DNA from: Thermofilaceae archaeon
Lineage (GTDB): Archaea; Thermoproteota; Thermoprotei; Thermofilales; Thermofilaceae
Length of the DNA stretch: 64,000 nucleotides
Reading direction: 5' to 3'
NCBI GenBank assembly: GCA_038861545.1
Contig: JAWCCZ010000001.1
Location: 288,001 to 352,000, forward strand
The notes beneath the pieces are model-generated. The model had not been told where the DNA came from. It ran no database searches and worked only from the letters and a program-made list of their open reading frames with translations. Position 1 is the stretch's first letter. Each line of letters begins with the position of its first letter. Shown one piece after another: positions 21,189-31,424 of the stretch. The translations under genes and the position numbers were made by a program.

Positions 21189-23453
21189 TCAAGGAATCGA
21201 TACTATCTCATACCATATGGTTTCAAAATCTGAAACCACTCTAAAGACCTTATATTCACCATCCGTCGAGACCGGCACTTTGGCTCGTCTATTACCATTA
21301 TTATCTAAGGCCCAGACCTCTATGTTTTTCGAGGTTTTTATTTTTAAGGTAGCGTTTAATCCCTCAATTATAGTTGGGCCTTCCCCCCAGTCGCCTACCT
21401 GCCCCCACTGGAAAGGGCATACAATTTTCTTCCCTTTAGCATCTCCTAACGCCTTCATGCGAGTTGAGCCCACAGCAATTATTTTCTTCGTATCGTAATC
21501 CCTGATTCTAATCCCAATATTAGTAGTATAGCCAGTGGTTATCAATAACATAGTATTCCAGTAGTCAAAGGTTTCATTTTGTTTCGTGACAAGTGATACT
21601 ATGCCCCAACCGTTAAGCACCGTATTATCTACCTCTAAGATTAAGTTTTTGAAATTAAACCTTTTACCCCCGATGAATCCAACAAGGGCTAAAGTTCTAT
21701 CAGTTTTGACAACAAGGATCCCCTCGTTCCTTCTCGAGGTATCCCAGGCAATTTGTCCCGTGTCAGAGTTGTATACACCCGATTTAATCTCTTCTGGGAG
21801 AGTTACGGTATCCGGAGTCTTTATCTCCTCGCCGGGGGGTGTGTAAGTCGCTACTGCTACTTTATGGATTAAAGATGCCTCAGCCGGAATACCCACGTCA
21901 AGTCCATCTGCATAGTTGTACTCTTTCAGAAAGCGCCTTTCCACGTAATCTGGCAGATCCGCTACTACGTAAGTCTTAGCAGGCTCTACGTCGCCACGAA
22001 CGAACACCATGTAAGCTGGAATCATCAACGCCATCTTAGCGGGGTTTTGATCAATGTCGAAGAACCCCCTCAGCCTCTTTGAATCCCAGTCGCCGAGACT
22101 CCCATATGCAAAGAAAATTATGCCATCCCAGTCTTGAAGCGCGGCATACGTTGCGAGTATTAAGGTTCCTTCAGGACCGTACATGTTGGGATTTGGATGA
22201 TCATACTCGCTAACCACGAACGGCTTCCCGTAAACTCTGTAACTGGCTAAGCTGATAATCGTGCTTTTCAGCGGGTTGTTAACCATTGGTTCATTGAGAA
22301 CGTACCAGTTCTGCGGATCCCAAGGAGCTCCCGGGAATTCTGGATGTTGCCAATAGGCGTGAGCATCAATTGCGTCGAAGCGTGACTGTATGTTTAAAGG
22401 GCTGAAAACTGCTGTACTACCAACTATAATTCCTTTATAACCGATTTCCTGTCTTAAGAAATTGTAAAGTTCTGTGTAAGTCTCTACTTCAAGCTGGTAC
22501 ACGAAGTCTAACCATGCCTCTCTAACGAAATCGGGCGCTTCCCAGTACATTTTACTGGTTAAGGCAGGAGCTCTAGCACTAACAATACCCCACTTCCTTG
22601 TGAATTCTTCTATGGAGCCATACCTAGATTGTAGATATGAGTTCCACAAGTTTTCCAGCTTTGTCTTGTAATGATCCGGAAGTCTGCTAACTAGGTCGGT
22701 TAGCATATACCAGAACCATGATCCCATTTCGTTAACAATTTCTACAAAGGCTACTTGAGGATCATCAAAATACCTCATACCAGTGTATGGATTTTCATGT
22801 GTCAAGAGCTGGTACACAAACTCCTTATAAAGTGCCCTGATCTGGGGATCGATAAACATAAGCGCATGCTGATCTTTATTGTCAATGTTCTCAATTTCTG
22901 CGGGTAACCCGTCAGCAGCTTTGAACCTCCGGTTAACTAGTAAGTTTATATTAACGTAGATCCCATGATCTCTGAGCTTAGCCACAAAATAATCAAATCT
23001 ATCAAGTGCTTCTGAGTTAAGGTGCCTAGTAGTTTCAGCGCTGTATCCTCCGAAGATATTAATTGATTCCCACGAAGCGTCAATTCCATGCAGCCTAACC
23101 AGGTTAACTCCCAGCTTAGCTAGTCTTCCTGCGATCTTACTTGCATCTTGTTTTTGGGGGAAGCAGGCTCCACCGCCTATGTTCACCCCGAAGAACTTAA
23201 TTCTATGTCCATTCACATAGAAGTGTCCATCATTACCGACTTGCACTCTTTCAATAGTTTTATTCCACTCGGAAGCCCAATATTTTACGCTTGTTGCAGT
23301 TTCAGCTGAATCGTCCCAAGGAATATAAAATTCAAATAAATTGAATATATCAGGTGGAGTTTTCTGCTTGGAACCCAAGAAGTTCGTAATCAATAAAACC
23401 ACTCCAACTGCAACTACAGTGAAAATCACAGCAAATTTACGCTTACCGCTCAC
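21189..23453 (-). CDS. Membrane-anchored clan GH-A glycoside hydrolase (GH148/GH5-like beta-glucanase candidate)
   Basis: N-terminal TM; GHFYVNG.RIKFFGVN, GVNLVRLH, LTHENPYTG, EIVNE (acid/base), DAHAYWQHP, KPFVVSEY (nucleophile), LQDWDG. Confidence 0.72.
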   Translation of the reverse strand: MSGKRKFAVIFTVVAVGVVLLITNFLGSKQKTPPDIFNLFEFYIPWDDSAETATSVKYWASEWNKTIERVQVGNDGHFYVNGHRIKFFGVNIGGGACFPQKQDASKIAGRLAKLGVNLVRLHGIDASWESINIFGGYSAETTRHLNSEALDRFDYFVAKLRDHGIYVNINLLVNRRFKAADGLPAEIENIDNKDQHALMFIDPQIRALYKEFVYQLLTHENPYTGMRYFDDPQVAFVEIVNEMGSWFWYMLTDLVSRLPDHYKTKLENLWNSYLQSRYGSIEEFTRKWGIVSARAPALTSKMYWEAPDFVREAWLDFVYQLEVETYTELYNFLRQEIGYKGIIVGSTAVFSPLNIQSRFDAIDAHAYWQHPEFPGAPWDPQNWYVLNEPMVNNPLKSTIISLASYRVYGKPFVVSEYDHPNPNMYGPEGTLILATYAALQDWDGIIFFAYGSLGDWDSKRLRGFFDIDQNPAKMALMIPAYMVFVRGDVEPAKTYVVADLPDYVERRFLKEYNYADGLDVGIPAEASLIHKVAVATYTPPGEEIKTPDTVTLPEEIKSGVYNSDTGQIAWDTSRRNEGILVVKTDRTLALVGFIGGKRFNFKNLILEVDNTVLNGWGIVSLVTKQNETFDYWNTMLLITTGYTTNIGIRIRDYDTKKIIAVGSTRMKALGDAKGKKIVCPFQWGQVGDWGEGPTIIEGLNATLKIKTSKNIEVWALDNNGNRRAKVPVSTDGEYKVFRVVSDFETIWYEIVSIP

Positions 23454-23558
23454 GGATACTCATTGTCATCCTTACTATTATTAAGTATAACCTCCATCAG
23501 TTTTCTAAAATTCTTCTTTCATGAGGGCATAAAATAATCAAATTTCTGCTTAGCTGAA

Positions 23559-26456
23559 TTAACTAGAGGATAACATGCACCAGTCCAGTGTAACTTCTAG
23601 GTGTTTCCTCTCGAATTCTTTTTCTTTTAATCTGAATACCGTCGAGCGTGTCTCACCGGGACCCAATTCAATAGGATACATTTCGGTGGGAATTCCATCT
23701 AAACGAAGTATTACCTTTACTGTATCTGTCACTTCACCGATGTTCATTACTTCTACCCTTACAGTAACTTCGTTTCCCTGCCTTTCAAAGTCTATGCTTT
23801 TCAACTCAAACTTAGCCTCAAACCGTTTCTCCACGGTGAAAGTGCCCTTCAGCCTTATATCCTCAGACGATGAGCCCACCATCACAAGGAATTCGCCCGG
23901 TTCTACCACTCTCCTCATTCTTTCATTAAAGAAAGCCAGGTCATCTGGTTTCAACTGGAACATTATTCGCACATGCTCGCCCGGTTTTAGGTTTACACGC
24001 TTGAAGCCTTTCAGTTCCTTTATGGGTCTAGCAACGCTGGAGACGAGATCCCTGATGTACATTTGAACCACTTCGTCACTTTCGCGATCTCCAGCGTTGC
24101 TCACAGTAACCGCGACCTCGACTAGCTTGCCCCCCTCTATAACGTTAATGTTCAGATCACTATACTCGAATTTCGTATAGCTTAAACCATGGCCGAACGG
24201 GAAAAGCGGTGCCCCGGTCATATTTACATAATCGTATACTCTTCCCGAGGGTTTATAGTTATAATACAGGGGTAATTGTCCCTCATGATGAGGCCAAGTG
24301 AAAGGTAGTCGACCGGAGGGGCTGAAATTTCCAAATAGTATGTCAGCTATAGCTTTACCCCCTTCCTGGCCAGGGTACCAGGCTTGCAAAAATGCAGGGA
24401 CTCTGTAAATCCAATCGCCTACAACTGGGCTACCGCTAACTAATACAACAATGATATTTGTGTTTACTTCCAGTAATTTTTCGATCATCCGTTCCTGAGA
24501 CCTCGGCAATCTTAGGACAGCTCTATCCTTCTCTTCACCTTCAATTATATCAGCGAAAAAGATAACAGCATCGGCCTCTCTTGCTAGCTCTATAGCCTTC
24601 CGCATCTCTTCACAGTCAACAATATCCCAGCCAAGTCTAACACCAGCGTAACCCCTTGTTCTAACAAACTCCAATACGAAGCTCTGCTCCCCTTTAATTT
24701 CGGTTTCAACTATTTTGTAAGTGCTGATCCCCGTTGCATCTATTTCGGCTAGGATATGCGTGCCAAGTATAAGCCTAGCTTTACCGCCTGCGACACCTAG
24801 GCAGAACGCGTACCTGCCAGGCATCGGTGGAAGTAGTCGACCGGAGAATCTAACCGAATAGTTTTCATTTTTAATCAATTGGTGAGGCCTCCTATAACCC
24901 CATTCATACCTAAAACCGCCCCAATGCAGGCTAATTGTATCTACCACAGGTGAACCCTGAAAGTCCGGTGCATCGAAGATCTCAATGCGCACACCATCAC
25001 CCCTCATATCTTCAGGTGGGGCCAAATAGCCAAGCCTAAGGCCCGGGAGCCAGTTGTGAATGGCGCTCCAATAGTCTAATCCAATGGGACAAGCTTCAAC
25101 ATAGTTGACTTCAACCTGACAGCCTCTCAGCTCATCCCTGATAGCGTCCAGCGGTGTAATTGCTCTGCCGGGTTCCCCACTATACCCGCCCAGTTTAAGT
25201 TGCTTTGCCGCACCACCCACTACAAGTAGTTTCTTTAGCTTGCCTTTATTTAGTGGGAGAAGGTTGTGCTCGTTCTTAAGCAGAACTATAGCTTTCCTTG
25301 AAGCTTCAAGGGCTAGATACCTGTGCTCTTCACTGCCTATGATTCTCTTAGCCTCTCCTGGATCAACGAACGGGTTGTCAAAGAGACCTACTAGGAATTT
25401 CACCCTAAGGACTCTGCGAACGGCTTCATTGATTACCTCCATTGGGATTAAACCTTTTTTTATAGCCTTCAGAAGTTCCTCTCCAAAGATGTCGACGCTG
25501 GGTAGCTCAACCTCTAAACCAGCTTCCAGTGCCAGTTTAGCGGCGAGATCTCTTGTGTTCGCTAGCGAGTGCTGATAGATGATGCCGGATACCGAGCCAT
25601 AATCCGATACGACGAACCCCTCAAATCCCCATTCCTTCCTTAGTAGATCGGTAAGTAGCCATCTGTTACTACTGCATGCTATTCCGTCCAGCGAGTTATA
25701 GGCCGCCATAACCGAAAGAGCTCCTGCTCTGATGCAGGCGCGGAAGGGTGGCAGGAAAACTTCTCGGAGTATAAGCTCTGAAAAGTGTGCCTCGTGACTG
25801 TCCCTTCCCCCCTCTGCCTCAAAGTTTGCGACGAAGTGCTTTGGAGTTGCTACAATATATTCTTCGCGGAGGGCTCTGCAATAAGCCTCGCCCATTACTG
25901 AAGTCAAGTAAGGGTCCTCTCCATATGTCTCTTCTGTCCGACCGGCTCTAATGTCTCTAGCTAAGTTAACAACCGGAGAAAGGCACTGATGTATACCTCT
26001 TGCCCGGGTTTCTTTAGCCACCGCTTTTGCAACCCTGTATACTAGATCTGGATCCCAAGTGGCGGCGAGAGCTATCGCTTGGGGGAACTGTGTTGAATAC
26101 TTAGCTAAACAGCCGTGAAGGCATTCATCATGTATGAGGGCTGGTATGCCTAAACGTGTACCCTCAATAAGCTTGCGCTGAACTTCATTGGCCAGCTTGG
26201 CTCCCTCTTCAGGTGGCAAAGCTCGAAGGATGCATGAAAGGTTCCCCACTTCCTTAAACTCAAAACTTGACTGAAGTTGCGAAACCTTCTCCTCTAATGT
26301 CATTCTGTTTAGAAGGTCTTCTACTCTTTCTTCAATCGGTTTAGAGGGATCCTCGTATGGGTCTTTTACTCCATTTTTGTTAAAATCGATCCAGTTTTTA
26401 TTATATATCCCAATTTTCTCGGCGCCGGGAGGTAGGTAGAATTCTCTGTTACGCAT
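23559..26456 (-). CDS. GH3 beta-glucosidase/xylosidase with PA14 insertion, Fn3 domain and CARDB-like C-terminus
   Basis: RLGIP, ETYGEDP, KHF, VVSDY (nucleophile), LLKN, AWYPGQEGG, PFGHGLSYT, KELKGF. Confidence 0.93.
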   Translation of the reverse strand: MRNREFYLPPGAEKIGIYNKNWIDFNKNGVKDPYEDPSKPIEERVEDLLNRMTLEEKVSQLQSSFEFKEVGNLSCILRALPPEEGAKLANEVQRKLIEGTRLGIPALIHDECLHGCLAKYSTQFPQAIALAATWDPDLVYRVAKAVAKETRARGIHQCLSPVVNLARDIRAGRTEETYGEDPYLTSVMGEAYCRALREEYIVATPKHFVANFEAEGGRDSHEAHFSELILREVFLPPFRACIRAGALSVMAAYNSLDGIACSSNRWLLTDLLRKEWGFEGFVVSDYGSVSGIIYQHSLANTRDLAAKLALEAGLEVELPSVDIFGEELLKAIKKGLIPMEVINEAVRRVLRVKFLVGLFDNPFVDPGEAKRIIGSEEHRYLALEASRKAIVLLKNEHNLLPLNKGKLKKLLVVGGAAKQLKLGGYSGEPGRAITPLDAIRDELRGCQVEVNYVEACPIGLDYWSAIHNWLPGLRLGYLAPPEDMRGDGVRIEIFDAPDFQGSPVVDTISLHWGGFRYEWGYRRPHQLIKNENYSVRFSGRLLPPMPGRYAFCLGVAGGKARLILGTHILAEIDATGISTYKIVETEIKGEQSFVLEFVRTRGYAGVRLGWDIVDCEEMRKAIELAREADAVIFFADIIEGEEKDRAVLRLPRSQERMIEKLLEVNTNIIVVLVSGSPVVGDWIYRVPAFLQAWYPGQEGGKAIADILFGNFSPSGRLPFTWPHHEGQLPLYYNYKPSGRVYDYVNMTGAPLFPFGHGLSYTKFEYSDLNINVIEGGKLVEVAVTVSNAGDRESDEVVQMYIRDLVSSVARPIKELKGFKRVNLKPGEHVRIMFQLKPDDLAFFNERMRRVVEPGEFLVMVGSSSEDIRLKGTFTVEKRFEAKFELKSIDFERQGNEVTVRVEVMNIGEVTDTVKVILRLDGIPTEMYPIELGPGETRSTVFRLKEKEFERKHLEVTLDWCMLSSS

Positions 26457-26859
26457 ACTGTCAAGTGTATTAGACTTGTAAAAATAAGTTGCGCAAAAGA
26501 TGTGAATGTATTCATTAATGGATGTAGTACCTATGGAACAATCTTAAAATATGTAAATCTCTGACGATTAACCCAGCTTAAGCCTTTACCGATGTACCCA
26601 CAATAGTTTAATCAAGTATAATCTCATTTGGCTGAAAGGATAACCAAGTAGTTAACATTCTATTAAAATTTATTTTATTGAGGATTATAATTGCCACCTT
26701 ACAGTTATTTCTGTAGCCGGTTAGCATTATTGCTTTAGTGGTTATAGTCACCGAGTATGAAAGGTCAACCTATCCAGTATATTCCCTAACATTGCAGGCA
26801 TAAGGGCGGCAGAACATATTCCGAGCACGTAGGCTAGCGTAAGATTGGTTTATGCGTAT

Positions 26860-27453
26860 GTTAATGATGAACTAAAATATGGTGAATATTCTCCAATGAG
26901 TTACATAGGTATATTAGGACACTAGAACGCTCTCTCGATTTGATTGAGAGAGTATATCCTCTGCTGGAGGAAGGAAAAAGGTAGGACTAGATACCTGGTG
27001 AAGGACAACTTTTTCAGGTTTTGGGTCAAATTTGTAAGACCTAGTTTTAACCTATTACAACTCGGTGAAGTGAAAAAAAGGTATCTAGAGGCTTTACAGA
27101 AATGCTGGACAAATATGTCTCCTTAATCTTCGAAATACAGCATTGGAGCATTTTGCCTGTCGAGTCCCAGCAACAAGAGTTGACAGGTGGTGTGGGGGAG
27201 AAGTAAGGGTCGACGGCGTGACTGTAAATGAGAAAAATCGAAAAGTTTTCCTTTGGAGGCTAAATAGTCAAAGAAGCTGGTAGATAGGTCTGTCCCGCGG
27301 GAGCTTGAAAGGAAGGCGGACGAATTCTAGTAGAGAAGAGGAGATCGTGAGGAAGTGAACTACTTATACTAGAGAAGCGGCTTCACAATCGAGCCTGAGG
27401 AGGAGGTTATACTCGTGAACTTAAGCGACATTTGCGCTGAAACATGCAACTAA
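26860..27453 (+). pseudogene. Decayed 3' part of an archaeal ATPase-wHTH-DUF234 nuclease-fold gene
   Basis: Fragments in shifting frames: YIRTLERSLDLIERVYP / YLVKDNFFRFWVKFV / RVDRWCGGEVRVDGV / EAK*S / Y*RSGF, with stops and frameshifts. Confidence 0.72.
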
Positions 27454-27495
27454 AGTTACGTTAGGGTAATTAAAGGCTATTCCTACTATAAACAC

Positions 27496-28980
27496 ATGAA
27501 CATAGCGTTAATATTCGATTGCGGTTCAACTAACCTGAGAGTAGCAGCGATTAACGAGCAAGGCGAAATTGTGGCTCAGGCTAATACCTCGAATTTTCCA
27601 GTACCGCAACCGGGTCACGTAGAATGGCTCACCTGGGATATTGACGGGATATGGGTTAAGCTTTGCAGGCTTTCAAAACAAGTTGTAAACCATTTAGAAA
27701 GAGCTAAAATTGAAGCAGTGGCTGTCACCACATGGGGAGCAGATGGGGCCTTGGTCAAACGGGATGGCTGTCTAGCTTATCCAGCTATCTCATGGCAGTG
27801 TCAGCGGACAAGAGAGGTAGTGCCGAAAGTGCTAGAATTAATAAGCCCCAGGGAAATCTTCCGGATCACTGGCTATCAAGCGATATATTTCAACACACTT
27901 TTCAAACTCTACTGGATCAAAAAGAATGCCCCTGAAGCTTTTAGAGAAGCTTACACATGGTTAATGATGCCAGGTCTCATAGTTCACAGGCTCTGCAGTG
28001 AGTTTCACGTAGATCCAACAAGTGCATCAACAACAATGTCAATGGACCTAGGCAAGCGTGACTGGAGTTCCGAAATGCTTGCATTGGCGGGGCTTGAGCC
28101 CAGCTTCTTCCCCGAGTGGGTTGAGCCAGGGGAAATCATAGGCTTCGTAAATGAGGATGCCTCGAAGTTAACCGGGATTCCCAACGGTGTGCCAGTTGTT
28201 GCTGCTGGTCATGACACGCAGTTCGCTATCTTAGCTGCCGGCGCCGGTGAGAGAGAAGCAATTCTATCAAGTGGAACGTGGGAAATCCTAGCTCTACGCT
28301 CGAATAGCTACGATCCAAACGAGAAAGCTTTAGAGCTAGGCATGATCATTGAAGCTGATGCAGAGCGAGGTAAATGGAACCCCCAGCTACTGATGATCGC
28401 TTCAGCTGTAATCGAATGGTTAAAAAACCTTGTTTACCCAGAGTTGGGGCCAAGCGAGTACACAGCTATGGTTAATGAGGCGAGAAAGGTCGAACCGGGT
28501 TCCGGAGGTCTTATCCTTATACCAAGCTTTGTACCTGACTCAGGACCTTTAAGCAAATATGGCATGAAAGGGGCAATACTAGGGCTTCAGCTTAGCTCTA
28601 GCAGAGGCCAGCTCTACAGGGCAGCTATGGAAGGTCTTTCGATACAACTGAGGTTAGCATTGGAATCTCTTGAGCAAGCTTTTAGCTTCAAAGCTAAAGG
28701 GGTAAGGGTGGTGGGTGGGGGATCGAAAAATGATCTATGGAATCAGATTAGAGCTGATGTGCTGGGGTTACCGGTTTCAGTGCCGCGTTTCAGTGAGGCT
28801 ACAATTCTAGGTGCAGCTGTTGTAGCCTTTAGGGGCACGGGAGTTTACAAAAGCTTTGAGGAAGGTCTTAGAGCAATAAGTGGGGAAACTCGCGTTTTCA
28901 AGCCGGAGAGTAACGAAATCTATGACTCAATTTATAGGCGCTTCTTGACAACTCTCGAGACTTTCTCTAAGCTATCTTAA
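27496..28980 (+). CDS. FGGY carbohydrate kinase, L-fuculokinase-like
   Basis: FDCGSTNLR, TTWGADG, ISWQC.RT, FNTLFKL, GHDTQFA, LSSGTWEIL, GGGSKN. These match FucK-type signatures. Confidence 0.82.
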   Translation: MNIALIFDCGSTNLRVAAINEQGEIVAQANTSNFPVPQPGHVEWLTWDIDGIWVKLCRLSKQVVNHLERAKIEAVAVTTWGADGALVKRDGCLAYPAISWQCQRTREVVPKVLELISPREIFRITGYQAIYFNTLFKLYWIKKNAPEAFREAYTWLMMPGLIVHRLCSEFHVDPTSASTTMSMDLGKRDWSSEMLALAGLEPSFFPEWVEPGEIIGFVNEDASKLTGIPNGVPVVAAGHDTQFAILAAGAGEREAILSSGTWEILALRSNSYDPNEKALELGMIIEADAERGKWNPQLLMIASAVIEWLKNLVYPELGPSEYTAMVNEARKVEPGSGGLILIPSFVPDSGPLSKYGMKGAILGLQLSSSRGQLYRAAMEGLSIQLRLALESLEQAFSFKAKGVRVVGGGSKNDLWNQIRADVLGLPVSVPRFSEATILGAAVVAFRGTGVYKSFEEGLRAISGETRVFKPESNEIYDSIYRRFLTTLETFSKLS

Positions 28981-29300
28981 ACTGATATACATAACTTCTT
29001 TTCACACAGTTTAGAACCGCTTTCAGAGCTTAGCGTAGCCAACATTATACAGCTATCAGTCTCGGCGTTTTCAACTATGTTATTATGCTATTTCTCTAAT
29101 GTGATGGATGTAAATCCTCTATTTTCGCAAACTCACACAGCTACGTACTTTAAAAGGTTGGAGGGGTAATTCCGGCGAAGCTACCCAAGCAGCATCGGAA
29201 ATAATTTCATGGTTACCCTTTAACGAAACTTAACCATAGTCTTGGGAGTTTAAAATCCATAACACACTTATACCATTCGGGCGTAGTAGCCCGGGGGGTT

Positions 29301-29801
29301 ATGCCTAAACAGGTTTTGATAGCGTATTATAGTTGGTCCGGGAATACGCGTAGGCTCGCTCAAACTATACACAAGATCATTGGGGGTAAGCTTTTCGAAG
29401 TTGAACCGGCTACACCCTACCCAAGCTCATATAATGCAACTGTTGAGCAGGCGAGAAGGGAAATTCAGTCAGGCTATAGGCCTCAACTGAAGGCTAAGCT
29501 CGCGAGCATCGAGCCTTATAGTGTAGTATTCATCGGATCACCTAACTGGTGGGGGACTATAGCTCCCCCCATCGCGGCATTTCTCTCCGAGTATGACCTC
29601 TCGGGAAAGGTTGTAATTCCTTTTTTCACCCACGGTGGAGGTGGGATGCAGAATATGCTCACCGATTTGAAGAAACTTTGCCTTAACTCAAGGGTTCTCG
29701 AACCTTTTCTCGTACAAGGAAGCAGAGTCGGCGCAGCCGAGAAATCTGTCAGCGAATGGCTTCATAGAATTAAAGTAAGCGAGTTGGTTAGCAGCCCGTA
29801 G
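29301..29801 (+). CDS. Flavodoxin
   Basis: YYSWSGNT, GSPNWWGT, FFTHGGGG. Confidence 0.88.
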   Translation: MPKQVLIAYYSWSGNTRRLAQTIHKIIGGKLFEVEPATPYPSSYNATVEQARREIQSGYRPQLKAKLASIEPYSVVFIGSPNWWGTIAPPIAAFLSEYDLSGKVVIPFFTHGGGGMQNMLTDLKKLCLNSRVLEPFLVQGSRVGAAEKSVSEWLHRIKVSELVSSP

Positions 29802-29812
29802 TAGGTAGCGGC

Positions 29813-30242
29813 GTGAGCGAAGAGGAGAGTTAGCAGAGTTTGCTTCACTTCCTGCGACTCGCTGTTGCTGCCTAACATTCTCAGGAACTTTGCTGGGAAA
29901 GTATATGCTTACTTACTCATCCAACCAGTAATCTCGCCAAGCTGTGATGTAACTCATGTAGCGCTCGCACTGGGTTCCCGCATCTATTGGCATAGGCACC
30001 CAACCCCTCAACGGCTCGTGGTTACAAGTGGTCAAGGGTGGTATCAGAAAAAGGGCTAGGAGCCTAAAGAGATGTACCCCGATGGCGCGGTCATAATCCC
30101 ACCCAACACAAAGCATTGGCACGGCGCGATAAGGGATAAGTGGCTTTAGTTGCTTTTCAATTCTACCGTATGTGGATAGGGTACTATCCCCGCCGAATGG
30201 TTCAAGCCTGTTCCAGAAGAATACTACGGTAAGCTTCCTTAA
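29813..30242 (+). pseudogene. Cupin-domain pseudogene
   Basis: NFAGKVY..WHRHP..Q.LVVTSG.GWYQ then TAG, then VIIPPNTKHWHGA and EWFKPVPEEYY; internal stops and frameshifts. Confidence 0.75.
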
Positions 30243-30326
30243 CTGAGACTTAAGGGCAACTTAATTTGTCAGTAGCACAAGACGTTACAAATCAACGTAA
30301 ATAGTTAGGTCCAACTTAAACAGTCC

Positions 30327-31184
30327 ATGCCTAGATTGAAAGCTTGGGAAGGTTACAACCTGCATTCGACCCTAGCCCCCTCCTTCGTTAGGGCTTTATT
30401 CGAAAGAAAGGGTGATAGCTACGTAAAAATCGCTGGTCGAAGTAAAGGCGCGGTCATGTACCAAGAAGGAAGGTACGTAGTCGGTAAAATGTGTAGCGTG
30501 GAGGAGCTTAACTATTGGAGTGGGTTATGGTTAAGCCGGCAGTTAGTCGAGGAAAAAGCCCCCCTGTTGGCAGACATGCATAGAGATCTCGGGCTCTCTA
30601 TTAGCCCGTACGATAAGCATCTGATTTTCATCGCAGTATTCCTCAGCAGAGCTACTTCTTGGGAGATAAACGTGCTTAGATGGTGCAGAGCTATATTCGC
30701 GAGAACTGATAATCCGGAGGAGCTTCTCCAGCTAGACTTCAGTCAGCTTGGCAAAAGTTTCCAGTTGCGTCAGCTCCATGAAGCGTTAAATGAATATGCC
30801 ACCGTAGCATGTATAAGCGATGCAGGAGAGCTAAGGGCGAGGCTTCTTGGAATCAAGTATGTAGGGCCAAAGCTCGCCGACGCTTACCTACTTTTCTCTG
30901 GTATTGATACAAGTGCCGCACCAGTGGATCGTCACGTCCTAAGAATGGCGGCAAGACTCGGGCTCTCAAGTGTGCCACCAAAGAAGGAGTTATGCACCCG
31001 CTGCTCCTGTACTAAGTGTCCAGTTTCGGGGAGCTGTCTCAGGTTTCAGTTAACCAAGCTATATGGCTCTGCAGCTGGATGGGTTCAAACAGCTTTCTAC
31101 GTGCATGATACAATGTTCTGCGCAAGGAAGGCTTGTGGTCCATGTATCCTATTTAAAGTCTGTAAGTATACCTCGCTTAGATAA
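30327..31184 (+). CDS. HhH-GPD family DNA glycosylase-like protein
   Basis: LLGIKYVGPKLAD (HhH), APVDRHV and Cys-rich clusters. Confidence 0.72.
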   Translation: MPRLKAWEGYNLHSTLAPSFVRALFERKGDSYVKIAGRSKGAVMYQEGRYVVGKMCSVEELNYWSGLWLSRQLVEEKAPLLADMHRDLGLSISPYDKHLIFIAVFLSRATSWEINVLRWCRAIFARTDNPEELLQLDFSQLGKSFQLRQLHEALNEYATVACISDAGELRARLLGIKYVGPKLADAYLLFSGIDTSAAPVDRHVLRMAARLGLSSVPPKKELCTRCSCTKCPVSGSCLRFQLTKLYGSAAGWVQTAFYVHDTMFCARKACGPCILFKVCKYTSLR

Positions 31185-31185
31185 T

Positions 31186-31236
31186 GGGTGATTAACTACG
31201 AGCGCTCTGATCTAATGCGGGTTCCCTTACACCCGG
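31186..31236 (+). ncRNA. Possible degenerate C/D-box sRNA
   Basis: GTGATTA, 12-nt guide, CTGA, 4-nt spacer, weak C' (ATGCGGG), 11-nt guide, weak D (CCGG). Spacing is nearly identical to the 13.3-kb candidate. Confidence 0.28.
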
Positions 31237-31424
31237 CAACTACCCCCAGTTTCTTATCGCAAGCCGTAGGCTATGTGCTTTTAGTTAGGGGGTCATATCA
31301 GCAACATCAAGTCGTTTAACTCTATCAGTGGATTCCCCCTATAGTTTAGCGTTGAGCTACACGATACAACGGGCTCGCATAGAATTCCTACTCGCCAGTT
31401 CATAGCTTTCACTCTAACAGGAAA

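Noticed and set aside
26860-30242. TAG read-through suggested by many amber stops in the two pseudogenes
   Set aside because: Both genes also contain frameshifts, and many intact genes in the window end in TAG.
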